Assembly (NCBI GenBank): GCA_964645645.1
Contig: CAZYBC010000005.1
Span: 702 to 64,701, forward strand
Source of the DNA: an uncultured Pseudomonadales bacterium
GTDB taxonomy: Bacteria > Patescibacteriota > Microgenomatia > UBA1400 > PJMF01
Direction: 5' to 3'
Length of the DNA stretch: 64,000 bases
Below, piece by piece: positions 1-8,259 of the stretch (positions are counted from its first letter, which is position 1; every line of letters starts with the position of its first letter). Made by a program: the position numbers and the translations under genes. The notes beneath the pieces are model-generated. The model worked only from the letters and a program-made list of their open reading frames with translations, was not told where the DNA came from and did no database searches.

Positions 1-4
1 AAGT

Positions 5-343
5 GTGTTAGGGGCCATTGAAACGGCTATTAATAAAGCTGAGCTAAATCTTAATCCAGTAGTTGATGGCGATAAAATTAGAATTGTAGTACCAGCCTTA
101 ACTCAAGAACGACGTCAAGAAATGGTTAAACTTTTACATCAAAAAATTGAATCTGGTAAAGTGATGATTCGTAATGAAAGAACTGACACAAAAAAGATGA
201 TCGAAGCCCAAAAAGGTGAAGCAGCTGTAAGTGAAGATGATATTAAATTAGAATTAACAGAAATGCAAAAAATTGTTGATCAATATATTGAAAAACTAGA
301 AGAAATTGCGGAAGTTAAAGAAAAAGAGTTAATGACTATTTAA
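5..343 (+). CDS. frr: Ribosome recycling factor, C-terminal part (5' end lies before the window start)
   Basis: The translation carries conserved RRF motifs (NLNPxxDGxxIRIxxPxLTxERRxEMVK, KVMIRNERTD, EKELM). The ORF starts at the window edge with no upstream start codon. Confidence 0.85.
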   Translation: MLGAIETAINKAELNLNPVVDGDKIRIVVPALTQERRQEMVKLLHQKIESGKVMIRNERTDTKKMIEAQKGEAAVSEDDIKLELTEMQKIVDQYIEKLEEIAEVKEKELMTI

Positions 344-346
344 ACT

Positions 347-1489
347 ATGTCGATTATTTTAGTGGTTTTGATTATTTCTTTTTTAGTGATTATTCATGAG
401 TTAGGTCATTTTTTTCTGGCTAAAAAACACAAAATTAAGGTAGAAGAATTTGGACTTGGTTATCCACCCAAATTATTTAAATTATTTCGTTGGCTAGATA
501 CAGATTTTACTGTTAATGCCATTCCTTTTGGCGGTTTTGTTAGATTAGAAGGTGAAAATGGGCCAGAAGAAAAAACGGCTGATCAAGCAGAAAAAAAATC
601 TCAACCCAAAGAACAAGCTTTTTACCAAAAATCAGCTTCAGCTAAAATTCAAGTTTTATTAGCTGGAGTTGTCATTAATTTTATTTTTGGTTGCTTAGCT
701 TTTTGTCTGATTTTTTCCTTTATGGGTATTCCTACTTCTTTGAACAACCAGCCCATTATTGGTCAGTTGTCAACAAATTCTCCGGCGGCTGTTGCTCAGT
801 TGCCACTTAATTCATCAATTGAAGCTTTGCAATTAGAAGGTGAAGCTTTAGTAAAAGTTAATCATATTAATCAAGTTCAAGATTTTGTAAAAATTCATCA
901 AGGTCAAACCATTAAGATTTATCTTAGCCAAGAATGTCAAATGGATCTTTGTCAAAGTGCGATGACCGAATATCAAATTTATTTAAGAAAAGATGATGAA
1001 ATTCCTGCTAATGAAGGTTCAATGGGGATCATGTTTGCTGATTATTATCTTAAATTTTATCCTTGGTATGAAATGCCTTTTAGAGCGATGTTCTACGGAG
1101 TTAAACAAGCAGTGTCTTTGGGATTATTAATTTTAGTGACCTTATTAAGTGTTTTTAAAGATTTATTAACTCATGGTTCTTTACCTCAAGATGTGGCTGG
1201 GCCAGTAGGGATTGCTCATCAAGCCAATGAATTTAATTTGGCAGGGCAAGATTGGGCCACTTTATTAAATTTTGCTGGAATGTTATCTATCAATTTAGCA
1301 ATTATGAATTTATTACCATTGCCGGCTTTAGATGGTGGAAGAGCTTTATTTGTTTTATTAGGAAAATTTATCGGTAAGAACAAATTAGAAAAATTGGAAT
1401 CATATCTTAATTATGCTGGTTTTTCTTTATTAATCTTATTAATGATTTTAGTCACTATCCGTGATGTTAGTCGCTGGATTGGAATTTAA
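347..1489 (+). CDS. rseP: Site-2 protease, M50 family zinc metalloprotease (RseP-like)
   Basis: An HELGHF (HExxH) motif sits in the first TM segment. An NLLPLPALDGGR (LDG) motif is near the C-terminus. The protein is polytopic and follows frr as in many bacteria. Confidence 0.85.
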   Translation: MSIILVVLIISFLVIIHELGHFFLAKKHKIKVEEFGLGYPPKLFKLFRWLDTDFTVNAIPFGGFVRLEGENGPEEKTADQAEKKSQPKEQAFYQKSASAKIQVLLAGVVINFIFGCLAFCLIFSFMGIPTSLNNQPIIGQLSTNSPAAVAQLPLNSSIEALQLEGEALVKVNHINQVQDFVKIHQGQTIKIYLSQECQMDLCQSAMTEYQIYLRKDDEIPANEGSMGIMFADYYLKFYPWYEMPFRAMFYGVKQAVSLGLLILVTLLSVFKDLLTHGSLPQDVAGPVGIAHQANEFNLAGQDWATLLNFAGMLSINLAIMNLLPLPALDGGRALFVLLGKFIGKNKLEKLESYLNYAGFSLLILLMILVTIRDVSRWIGI

Positions 1490-1494
1490 TTTTT

Positions 1495-1773
1495 ATGGCA
1501 AAAAAACGTACTAAAAAACAAAAATTAGCTGCTAAAGAAAAACGACAGCAAAATTCAACTTCTGTTGCTGTTGTAAAAAATTATTTAGAAGTACAGCCTT
1601 TAACAACAAAAACAGAAGCAGAAGCAACAACTGATAATGCTGATGAAGTAGCTCTAAGAACGACTCAATTATTAAGTACACCTGTCAAATTCATCCATCA
1701 AGATTTATTTAAAACAGCTTTAGTGACAGCAATTATTTTAGTGATCCTGATTGTGCTTGCAATTTATTATTAA
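1495..1773 (+). CDS. Hypothetical small protein with a Lys-rich N-terminus and a C-terminal TM anchor
   Basis: A 92-aa ORF with MAKKRTKKQK at the N-terminus and a hydrophobic C-terminal segment (LVTAIILVILIVLAIYY). No recognisable family. Confidence 0.35.
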   Translation: MAKKRTKKQKLAAKEKRQQNSTSVAVVKNYLEVQPLTTKTEAEATTDNADEVALRTTQLLSTPVKFIHQDLFKTALVTAIILVILIVLAIYY

Positions 1774-1843
1774 ATAGTTAACAATTAAGTAATAAGCTCT
1801 TGGAGTTTATTTTTTTTGAATATCACGAAAGGAACAAGTTTTA

Positions 1844-3049
1844 ATGTCAAAAAAAATTCTTATTAGTGCTTTAGTTTTATATCTATTATCTGGCGGTTTG
1901 TCTTATACTGCTTTTTCATATTTCATGCCAGGTTCTTCTAGCATTTCTGTTACAGATCAGACTGATAATAATGGCTCAAATGATCAAGAAAATACAGCTT
2001 TAGCTGCTTTATTGGAAATTGATCCAAATGAAGCTAAAGATCAAGTTTGTCCTTTAAATGGTGCTTATTTTACTAATACAGAAAAGACAGCCTGGGAAAA
2101 ACGTCGTCCTTTATTTGTAATGATTGAAAATTCAGTTGATGCGAGACCTCATTCTGGTATTAATAATGCTGATGTTGTTTTTGAAGCTGTTGCTGAAGGT
2201 GGTGTTACTCGTTTTGGTGCTTTATTTTATTGTAATGCTCAAGCTTACAATGTTACTTTAGCTCCAGTACGTAGCGCTAGAACTTATTTTGTAGATTGGG
2301 CTAGCGGCTTTAATTATCCAATGTATGTTCATGTCGGTGGTGCTAATATTCCTGGCCCAGCCAATGCTTTAGGTCAGATTGCTGATTATGGTTGGAATTT
2401 ACAAAATGACATTAATCAATTTTCAGTAGGTTATCCTACTTTTGTTCGTAATGCTAATCGTTTAGCTGGTAAAGAAGTAGCTACTGAACATACCATGGAG
2501 ACTACCACTGAGGCTTTATGGAAAGTAGCAGAAGAAAGAGAATGGACTAATCTTAGCCCAGTAAGAAAAGTAGGACGTACTTCTGTGGGCGGTGACGATT
2601 GGAAAACTGGTTATAAAGGTTGGACTTTCTTAGATGAAGAGCCAGCTGATGGAACAGTTGCTAATATTGCTTATGATTTTTGGAGCGGTTACGGTCAATT
2701 TAGCGTTGCTTGGAAATATGATCCAGCTACCAAAATGTATTTAAGATCTAATGGTGGAGAAATTCATACTGACTTAAATACTGGCAAACAAGTCACTGCT
2801 AAAAATGTAATTGTTGCTTGGATGGTAGAAAAAGGCCCGATTGATGAGGCTAAACATTTACTTTATACCACGCTTGGTACTGGTGAAGCTTTAGTCTTCC
2901 ATAACGGTACAGTTACTGAAGTATTATGGCAGAAAAAGACTCGTGAAGGAGAATTAACCTTTGTAGATAAAAAAGGTAAACCAGTTGAGTTAGCCAGAGG
3001 TATGACTTGGATTAGTGTTTTACCTAAGGGTAATAAAGTTACCTATTAA
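1844..3049 (+). CDS. DUF3048 family protein (YerB-like secreted/lipoprotein-like)
   Basis: An N-terminal signal/TM is followed by the core motif RRPLFVMIENSVDARPHSGINNADVVFEAVAEGGVTRFGALF...APVRSARTYFVDWA. This matches the conserved DUF3048/YerB block (RP..VMIEN...RPQSG...ADIVYE.LAEGGITRF...IGP.RSAR.YF). Confidence 0.7.
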   Translation: MSKKILISALVLYLLSGGLSYTAFSYFMPGSSSISVTDQTDNNGSNDQENTALAALLEIDPNEAKDQVCPLNGAYFTNTEKTAWEKRRPLFVMIENSVDARPHSGINNADVVFEAVAEGGVTRFGALFYCNAQAYNVTLAPVRSARTYFVDWASGFNYPMYVHVGGANIPGPANALGQIADYGWNLQNDINQFSVGYPTFVRNANRLAGKEVATEHTMETTTEALWKVAEEREWTNLSPVRKVGRTSVGGDDWKTGYKGWTFLDEEPADGTVANIAYDFWSGYGQFSVAWKYDPATKMYLRSNGGEIHTDLNTGKQVTAKNVIVAWMVEKGPIDEAKHLLYTTLGTGEALVFHNGTVTEVLWQKKTREGELTFVDKKGKPVELARGMTWISVLPKGNKVTY

Positions 3050-3077
3050 AAAGCAATTATTAATAGTGTCAAATTTT

Positions 3078-3103
3078 GCCGGGCTTTTAGCCCGGCATTT
3101 TAG
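3078..3103 (+). terminator. Rho-independent terminator-like hairpin downstream of the DUF3048 gene
   Basis: A 7-bp GC stem GCCGGGC (3078-3084) / GCCCGGC (3090-3096) with a TTTTA loop, followed by ATTTTAG. Confidence 0.55.
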
Positions 3104-3172
3104 TTAAACAAGCTTTTTATAAACCATAGCGGTAGTTTTTAAGTTGTGTTTTTAAATCATTCCAATAATTGA

Positions 3173-3242
3173 AAAAAATATATATGACTTTATAAACCAT
3201 TTGAGCGAAGCGATTGCGTTTATAAAGTCATATATATTTTTT
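3173..3242. repeat. Perfect 25-bp inverted repeat with a 20-nt spacer; candidate operator or bidirectional hairpin
   Basis: The left arm 3173-3197 is AAAAAATATATATGACTTTATAAAC. The right arm 3218-3242 is GTTTATAAAGTCATATATATTTTTT, the exact reverse complement. The spacer is CATTTGAGCGAAGCGATTGC. A third TTTATAAACCAT copy lies at 3116-3127. The repeat sits about 75 bp upstream of an HTH-domain gene. Confidence 0.6.
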
Positions 3243-3318
3243 ACTGCTTTACTAATAATTGAGTACATATTATATTCTATTTAATTATCTATAATTATTT
3301 TTATAAAAAAGGTATTTT

Positions 3319-3921
3319 ATGAGCAGCATGCAAGACTTTATGATCTCCAGGGTAAGAGTGAAAATGTTGGAATTATTTTTTTGTGAAGAAGATGAAATGT
3401 TTTATGTTAGAGAAATTACTCGTCGGATTAAAGAAGAAATTAATGCTGTAAGACGTGAATTAGATAGAATGTTAGAATCAAGTATTCTTAAAAGTGAACA
3501 ACGTGGTAATCGTCTTTATTATTACCTAAATAAAAAATACCTTTATTATCAAGAATTACAACGGATGGTCGCTAAAAGTATTGGTTTAGGTAAAAAAATT
3601 CGCAAATTACGTCATAAATTAGGCCAATTAGATTACGTTATGTTTTCTGGTAAATTTATTACTGGCCGTAGACCCAATCGAGATGAAGTAGATGTTTTAG
3701 TAATTGGTGACGTGGTTTTAACAGAATTAGAAGAATTAATGAAAAAAGAGCAAGAAAGATTAGGTAGAGAAGTTAATTATGCTGTTTTCTCTTTAGATGA
3801 ATTTGATTTTAGAAAAGTGAGAAGAGATCCTTTTATTATGGATATTCTTTATTCTAATCGAATTATGATTATTGGCGACGAAATTTCTTTTGCAGAACGA
3901 AAAACCACCAATGTAGTTTAG
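3319..3921 (+). CDS. Winged-helix (HTH) domain fused to a minimal nucleotidyltransferase-like domain; putative regulator
   Basis: The N-terminal ~90 aa is helix-rich and basic (ITRRIKEEINAVRRELDRMLES..., wHTH-like). The C-terminal block MFSGKFITGRRPNRDEVDVLVIGD fits the hG[GS]x(9-13)D[VI]D[LV] minimal NTase signature. Confidence 0.45.
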   Translation: MSSMQDFMISRVRVKMLELFFCEEDEMFYVREITRRIKEEINAVRRELDRMLESSILKSEQRGNRLYYYLNKKYLYYQELQRMVAKSIGLGKKIRKLRHKLGQLDYVMFSGKFITGRRPNRDEVDVLVIGDVVLTELEELMKKEQERLGREVNYAVFSLDEFDFRKVRRDPFIMDILYSNRIMIIGDEISFAERKTTNVV

Positions 3922-3930
3922 AAATTTTTT

Positions 3931-5313
3931 ATGAAAAACCAAAATTTAAAACGTTTATTACTTATTATTTTGCTTTTTTTAATTAGCTTATATATTAGTT
4001 TACCAAGTAAATTTAAACTTGATTTTAAAATTTTTGGCAAACAAATTTCTCAAGAAATTCAAATTCCACAATTAGATTTTTGGTTTTTTGGCAAAAAAGT
4101 TAATCCAAAATTTGAATTAAAAAGAGGTCTAGATATTCAAGGTGGAATGCAGGTAGTTTTGCAAGCCAAGATGGATAATATCGCTTTAGAAGATAGAGAA
4201 ACAGCTTTAGAAGCTGCTAAAAATATTATTTTACGTCGGGTAGATTTATTTGGCGTGGCAGAGCCACGGGTACAGACTGCTCAAGCTGGAGAAAATGATT
4301 ATCGTATTATTGTTGAATTACCAGGTGTTGATGATCCTGCCGCCGCTCTGCAATTAGTTGGTCAAACTGCTCAATTAGATTTTAGATTACAAAAAGAACA
4401 ACTCTCACCAGAAGCTACTCAATCAGCAGCCGCTTTTTTAAGTGATTTTGAAAAAACTGGTCTTTCTGGTAAACAACTTAAAAAAGCTCAAGTTCAATTT
4501 AACCCCAATAGTAGCGAACCAGTCATTAGCTTGGAATTTGATGAAGAAGGGACGCAATTATTTGCGGATATTACTAAAAATCACCAGGGGGGTGTTTTAG
4601 CTATTTTTATTGATGAGTTTCCTGTAGCTATGCCAAGAATTAATGAACCGATTTTAACGGGTCAAGCACAGATGTCAGGTGGTTTTGATTTAGAATCAGC
4701 TAAACAACTAGCTATTCAACTTAATGCTGGGGCTTTGCCGGTTTCAATTAATGTTATTAGTCAACAAAACATCGGGGCCAGTTTGGGTGATCAATCTATT
4801 AAAGAAAGTATTAAAGCAGGTGTCATTGGTCTAATTTTGGTAATGCTATTTATGATTTTATATTATGGTAGACAAGGTTTAATTGCCAGTGTAGCGTTAT
4901 TAATTTATGCTGCCATTACGATTGCTTTATATAAACTTTTAGGAGTAGTAGTTACTTTACCAGGTATTGCTGGCTTATTGATCTCAATTGGTATGGCTGT
5001 TGATTCTAATATTTTAGTTTTTGAAAGAATTAAAGAAGAATTAAGAAACGGACAAATGGAAGACCGAGCCATTGAATTAGGTTTCGGAAAAGCCTGGGAA
5101 AGTATTAAAGATGCTAATTTAGCTACTATTATTACAGCCTTAATTTTAATTAACCCGCTTAATGCGAGATTTCTTAATAGTAGTGGTTTAGTCAGAGGGT
5201 TTGGAATTACGCTTTTATTAGGTGTTTTAGTGGGTTTATTTACTGGTGTGGTAGTTAGTCGGACTTTAATGAGAGTCTTTTTACCTATTTTAGTCAGGAA
5301 AAAAGTTAAATGA
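3931..5313 (+). CDS. secD: Protein translocase subunit SecD
   Basis: An N-terminal TM and a large periplasmic domain are followed by a C-terminal 6-TM bundle carrying SIGMAVDSNILVFERIKEE (the SecD/F signature). Confidence 0.9.
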   Translation: MKNQNLKRLLLIILLFLISLYISLPSKFKLDFKIFGKQISQEIQIPQLDFWFFGKKVNPKFELKRGLDIQGGMQVVLQAKMDNIALEDRETALEAAKNIILRRVDLFGVAEPRVQTAQAGENDYRIIVELPGVDDPAAALQLVGQTAQLDFRLQKEQLSPEATQSAAAFLSDFEKTGLSGKQLKKAQVQFNPNSSEPVISLEFDEEGTQLFADITKNHQGGVLAIFIDEFPVAMPRINEPILTGQAQMSGGFDLESAKQLAIQLNAGALPVSINVISQQNIGASLGDQSIKESIKAGVIGLILVMLFMILYYGRQGLIASVALLIYAAITIALYKLLGVVVTLPGIAGLLISIGMAVDSNILVFERIKEELRNGQMEDRAIELGFGKAWESIKDANLATIITALILINPLNARFLNSSGLVRGFGITLLLGVLVGLFTGVVVSRTLMRVFLPILVRKKVK

Positions 5314-5735
5314 AAAAATCAACAGTAGTTTTTGATATGCACGGGGTGATTTATGAACATGATTATCATGCTGATGGTTCACATCATTTTGTAGAAATAG
5401 ATCATGCCTTGCAAGTTTTATTAGCTTATTATCAAGCTGGATATAAGATTGTAATTTTATCTAGCTCGGCAACTGAATATTCTCGACAAATTTTGGAAAG
5501 TTTATTAGTTAATTATCCTCAAGTTGATCAAATAAAATTTTTTAAGGAATTAGATATTTTGTCAATGAAATATTTTGGCAGTAAAGATAACCAAGATTCT
5601 TGGCAAGCAGCCTTAGAACCTTATGTTAATATTGAACATATTTATGAGGATGGGGAATATAAATTAAAAATGGCTGGTTTAGCAGCTCAAGCTTTGGGTT
5701 CTCAACCAACTTTACATTTAAGTACTCAAGAATAA
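5310..5735 (+). CDS. Small HAD-like hydrolase-fold protein (variant motif I) inserted between secD and secF
   Basis: A 141-aa ORF overlaps the secD stop (ATGA). VVFDMHGVI resembles HAD motif I (hhhDxDG[TV]), but with His at the second acidic position. A Ser/Thr-rich ILSSSAT follows as a candidate motif II. Confidence 0.4.
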   Translation: MKKSTVVFDMHGVIYEHDYHADGSHHFVEIDHALQVLLAYYQAGYKIVILSSSATEYSRQILESLLVNYPQVDQIKFFKELDILSMKYFGSKDNQDSWQAALEPYVNIEHIYEDGEYKLKMAGLAAQALGSQPTLHLSTQE

Positions 5736-5745
5736 AAAGGATATT

Positions 5746-6618
5746 ATGAATCTTCTTAAATATAAATGGATTTTTTTCACTATTTCAGCCGTAATTTTGA
5801 TTCCTGGTTTAATTAGTTTACTTTTATTTGGTTTAAAACCAGGCTTAGATTTTATTGGAGGGTCTTTATTAGAAGTAAAAGTTTTAGATCAAGCGAAATC
5901 TCTTGATGGGCAGACGATCTTTGATGATCTAAAAGCAGATTACTCTTTAGAGAGTGTTGTAATATCTAAAGAGAATCAAATAATTATTAGAGCTGAAGAA
6001 CTTAGTAATGAGCAAAAAGACATTTTATTGACAAAATTAAATGATAAACTTGGTCAAGTTGAAGAGATTAAATTTGAAACAGTAGGGCCTACTTTAGGAA
6101 AAGAATTGTTAATTAAAACTATTGTCGCTGTTATTTTAGTAGCTTTTTTTACTATTTTATACGTTTGGTATGAATTTAAGGATTTTTCTTTTGGAGTCTG
6201 TGCAATTTTAGGAATGTTTCATGATAGTTTCATTTTATTAGGAATTTTTAGTTTATTAGGTAAGTTTATGAAGGTAGAAGTAGATGTTTTATTTGTAACT
6301 GCTATCTTAACCACTTTGTCTTTTTCTATTCATGATACGATTGTGATTTTTAATCGGATTAAAGAATTAGAAAAAAAACATGTTAGAGAAAAATTTACGA
6401 CAGTGGCTAATGTTGCAGCAGTAGAAAATTTGTCTCGTTCGATTAATAACTCTATAACTATTATTTTAATGCTGGTAGCTTTAGTGGTTTTAGGAGGTGA
6501 TACTTTACGTTGGTTTAGTTTGGCTTTATTAATTGGGGCAATTATTGGGACTTATTCTAGTACCTTTGTGGCTGTGCCTTTATTAACTGTTTGGCAGGAA
6601 AGAAAAAAGAAAAAATAG
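5746..6618 (+). CDS. secF: Protein translocase subunit SecF
   Basis: LDFIGGSLLEV in the periplasmic loop, a 6-TM bundle and HDTIVIFNRIKE (SecD/F family motif). Confidence 0.9.
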   Translation: MNLLKYKWIFFTISAVILIPGLISLLLFGLKPGLDFIGGSLLEVKVLDQAKSLDGQTIFDDLKADYSLESVVISKENQIIIRAEELSNEQKDILLTKLNDKLGQVEEIKFETVGPTLGKELLIKTIVAVILVAFFTILYVWYEFKDFSFGVCAILGMFHDSFILLGIFSLLGKFMKVEVDVLFVTAILTTLSFSIHDTIVIFNRIKELEKKHVREKFTTVANVAAVENLSRSINNSITIILMLVALVVLGGDTLRWFSLALLIGAIIGTYSSTFVAVPLLTVWQERKKKK

Positions 6619-6621
6619 TTG

Positions 6622-8241
6622 TTAGCTATTTTTTTGAGCTATTAGTTCTTTGGCTAAAGCTAAAAGTTTTTTAACTTCGTTTTCAGCTGGATTTTCTAGT
6701 ACTATTTCTAAAAGTTGATTAAGAATTTCACCTAAAATTGGCCCTGGTTTAAGTTGGAGTTTTTCCATTAAGTCATGACCATTGATAGCCAGATCAGTTA
6801 CTTCCATAGGCTGATTAAGTTGGTCTACCATTCGTTGCTTCATTTCTTCTAAACGCCAACTGGTTTTTTTAGAACCACTGCCCAGGCGATCAGCTTCACG
6901 CAGATCTAGCATATCATCTACATTTTCTAGGCCAACTTTGCGCATAAAACGTCTAATTGAAGCATCAGTATGATCTGGTTGATAATAAAACATATGATAG
7001 CGAACCATAATAAATAAGCGTTGTAATTGTTTTTTGCTTAATTTTAGCCGTTTACCAATTTTATCAGCGATTCTTGAACCAACAATTTCATGGTTATAAA
7101 AAGTAATGGTGTTATTTTGATATTTTTGAGTAGAGGCTTTACCGATATCATGTAAAAGGGTAGCCAAACGCACAATCGGATCATGATTAGGACAAGCTTG
7201 TACGGCATTAAGACTATGAACCCAAACATCAGTAGTATGATGACCAGCCTGATCAACCTTTTTAGTACTAATTAATTCAGGTAAAATTTCTGCTAATAAT
7301 TCTGTTTGATCTAATAATTCAATGGCCCGCTTGGGTTGATCACTAGCTAACATTTTTAAGAGTTCATCTCTAATTCTTTCGCCGCTGATATGTTTAATTA
7401 ATTGATGTTGTTGTTTAATCGCTTCTAAAACTGGTTGAGTAAGATTAAACTTTAACTGCACAGCAAAACGAATAGCTCTCAACATTCTTAAGGCATCTTC
7501 TTGAAAACGTTCGGTTGTTTCACCTACGGTGTTAAGTTGTTTAGCACTGAGATCTTTCATGCCATTATGTTCGTCAATTAACTGATATTGGCTCGGTTTA
7601 ATCAAATATTGAGTTTGTAAAATTTTTTGACTAAAAATTTCTTCCAAAAAAGCGTCTTCAATTTTTAAAGCCATGGCATTAATAGTGAAGTCACGGCGAT
7701 TAAGATCTTCTTGAATAGTTTTTCCCCAGCTAACTTGGCTAGGATGTCGGAAGTCAGTATATAAAGATTCGCTGCGATAAGTAGTAATTTCAAAATCATG
7801 AACTTGAGTATTATTTTTATCTAATTCTGATTGGGGTTCAGTAAGTGATTGATGCAGTTTACTGGCTTTAGCTAAATCAATTAGTTTAGTCTTTGGTTGA
7901 TTAGTTAATTCCACCCAAGTAGCTAAATTTTTAGCTGGTAAAGTATATTGTTTTTCAAGCTGAATAAGTAATTTTTCGTGAGCTGTTGCTACAGTGCCAA
8001 ATTCATTTTCATAATAACTATCAGGAAAAATTTTCAAAATTTTTTCTGGAGGAGCATTGGTCGTAAAATCATAATCAGCTATAACTTGATTAAAAATTAA
8101 TTGATTTTGAGCATTTTGCAAACTATTTAAACTATTAATCAAAATATCTCTCACCGCTCCGCCTACAATATAGGCATCAACATTAGCTTGACGTAAAGTA
8201 TAAAGCACAAATAAAGTTTCGAAAGGTAAAGAGATAATCAT
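6622..8241 (-). CDS. cca: CCA-adding enzyme / tRNA nucleotidyltransferase with a C-terminal HD domain
   Basis: The Pol-beta NTase head (YIVGGAVRDILI...RRDFTINAMA) is followed by an HD domain (HSL...LLHDIGK). The ORF-track start at 8289 is a TTG, so the first ATG (8241, MIISLPF...) was chosen. The start is uncertain. Confidence 0.8.
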   Translation of the reverse strand: MIISLPFETLFVLYTLRQANVDAYIVGGAVRDILINSLNSLQNAQNQLIFNQVIADYDFTTNAPPEKILKIFPDSYYENEFGTVATAHEKLLIQLEKQYTLPAKNLATWVELTNQPKTKLIDLAKASKLHQSLTEPQSELDKNNTQVHDFEITTYRSESLYTDFRHPSQVSWGKTIQEDLNRRDFTINAMALKIEDAFLEEIFSQKILQTQYLIKPSQYQLIDEHNGMKDLSAKQLNTVGETTERFQEDALRMLRAIRFAVQLKFNLTQPVLEAIKQQHQLIKHISGERIRDELLKMLASDQPKRAIELLDQTELLAEILPELISTKKVDQAGHHTTDVWVHSLNAVQACPNHDPIVRLATLLHDIGKASTQKYQNNTITFYNHEIVGSRIADKIGKRLKLSKKQLQRLFIMVRYHMFYYQPDHTDASIRRFMRKVGLENVDDMLDLREADRLGSGSKKTSWRLEEMKQRMVDQLNQPMEVTDLAINGHDLMEKLQLKPGPILGEILNQLLEIVLENPAENEVKKLLALAKELIAQKNS

Positions 8242-8259
8242 AATGGTATTATAAATGAT

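Noticed and set aside
1774-1843. Intrinsic terminator after the 1495-1773 ORF (AAGCTCTTGGAGTTTATTTTTTTT)
   Set aside because: A T8 run is present, but the possible stem is only 3-4 bp with a mismatch. It is too weak to call.
3173-3242. Insertion-sequence terminal inverted repeats or a transposon remnant
   Set aside because: There is no transposase ORF and only 20 bp between the arms. A tiny MITE-like element cannot be excluded and is kept as an alternative in the finding, but a classical IS is not supported.
7044-7256. Nested or antisense small ORFs from the six-frame track (7044-7256, 15578-15793, 18355-18657, 19413-19619, 23111-23302, 28703-28957, 35385-35630, 46957-47148, 53184-53405, 60844-61140)
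   Set aside because: All lie entirely inside, and mostly antisense to, strongly supported genes. Their translations are K/L/I-rich low-complexity strings expected from AT-rich DNA. None shows a motif or plausible RBS context.
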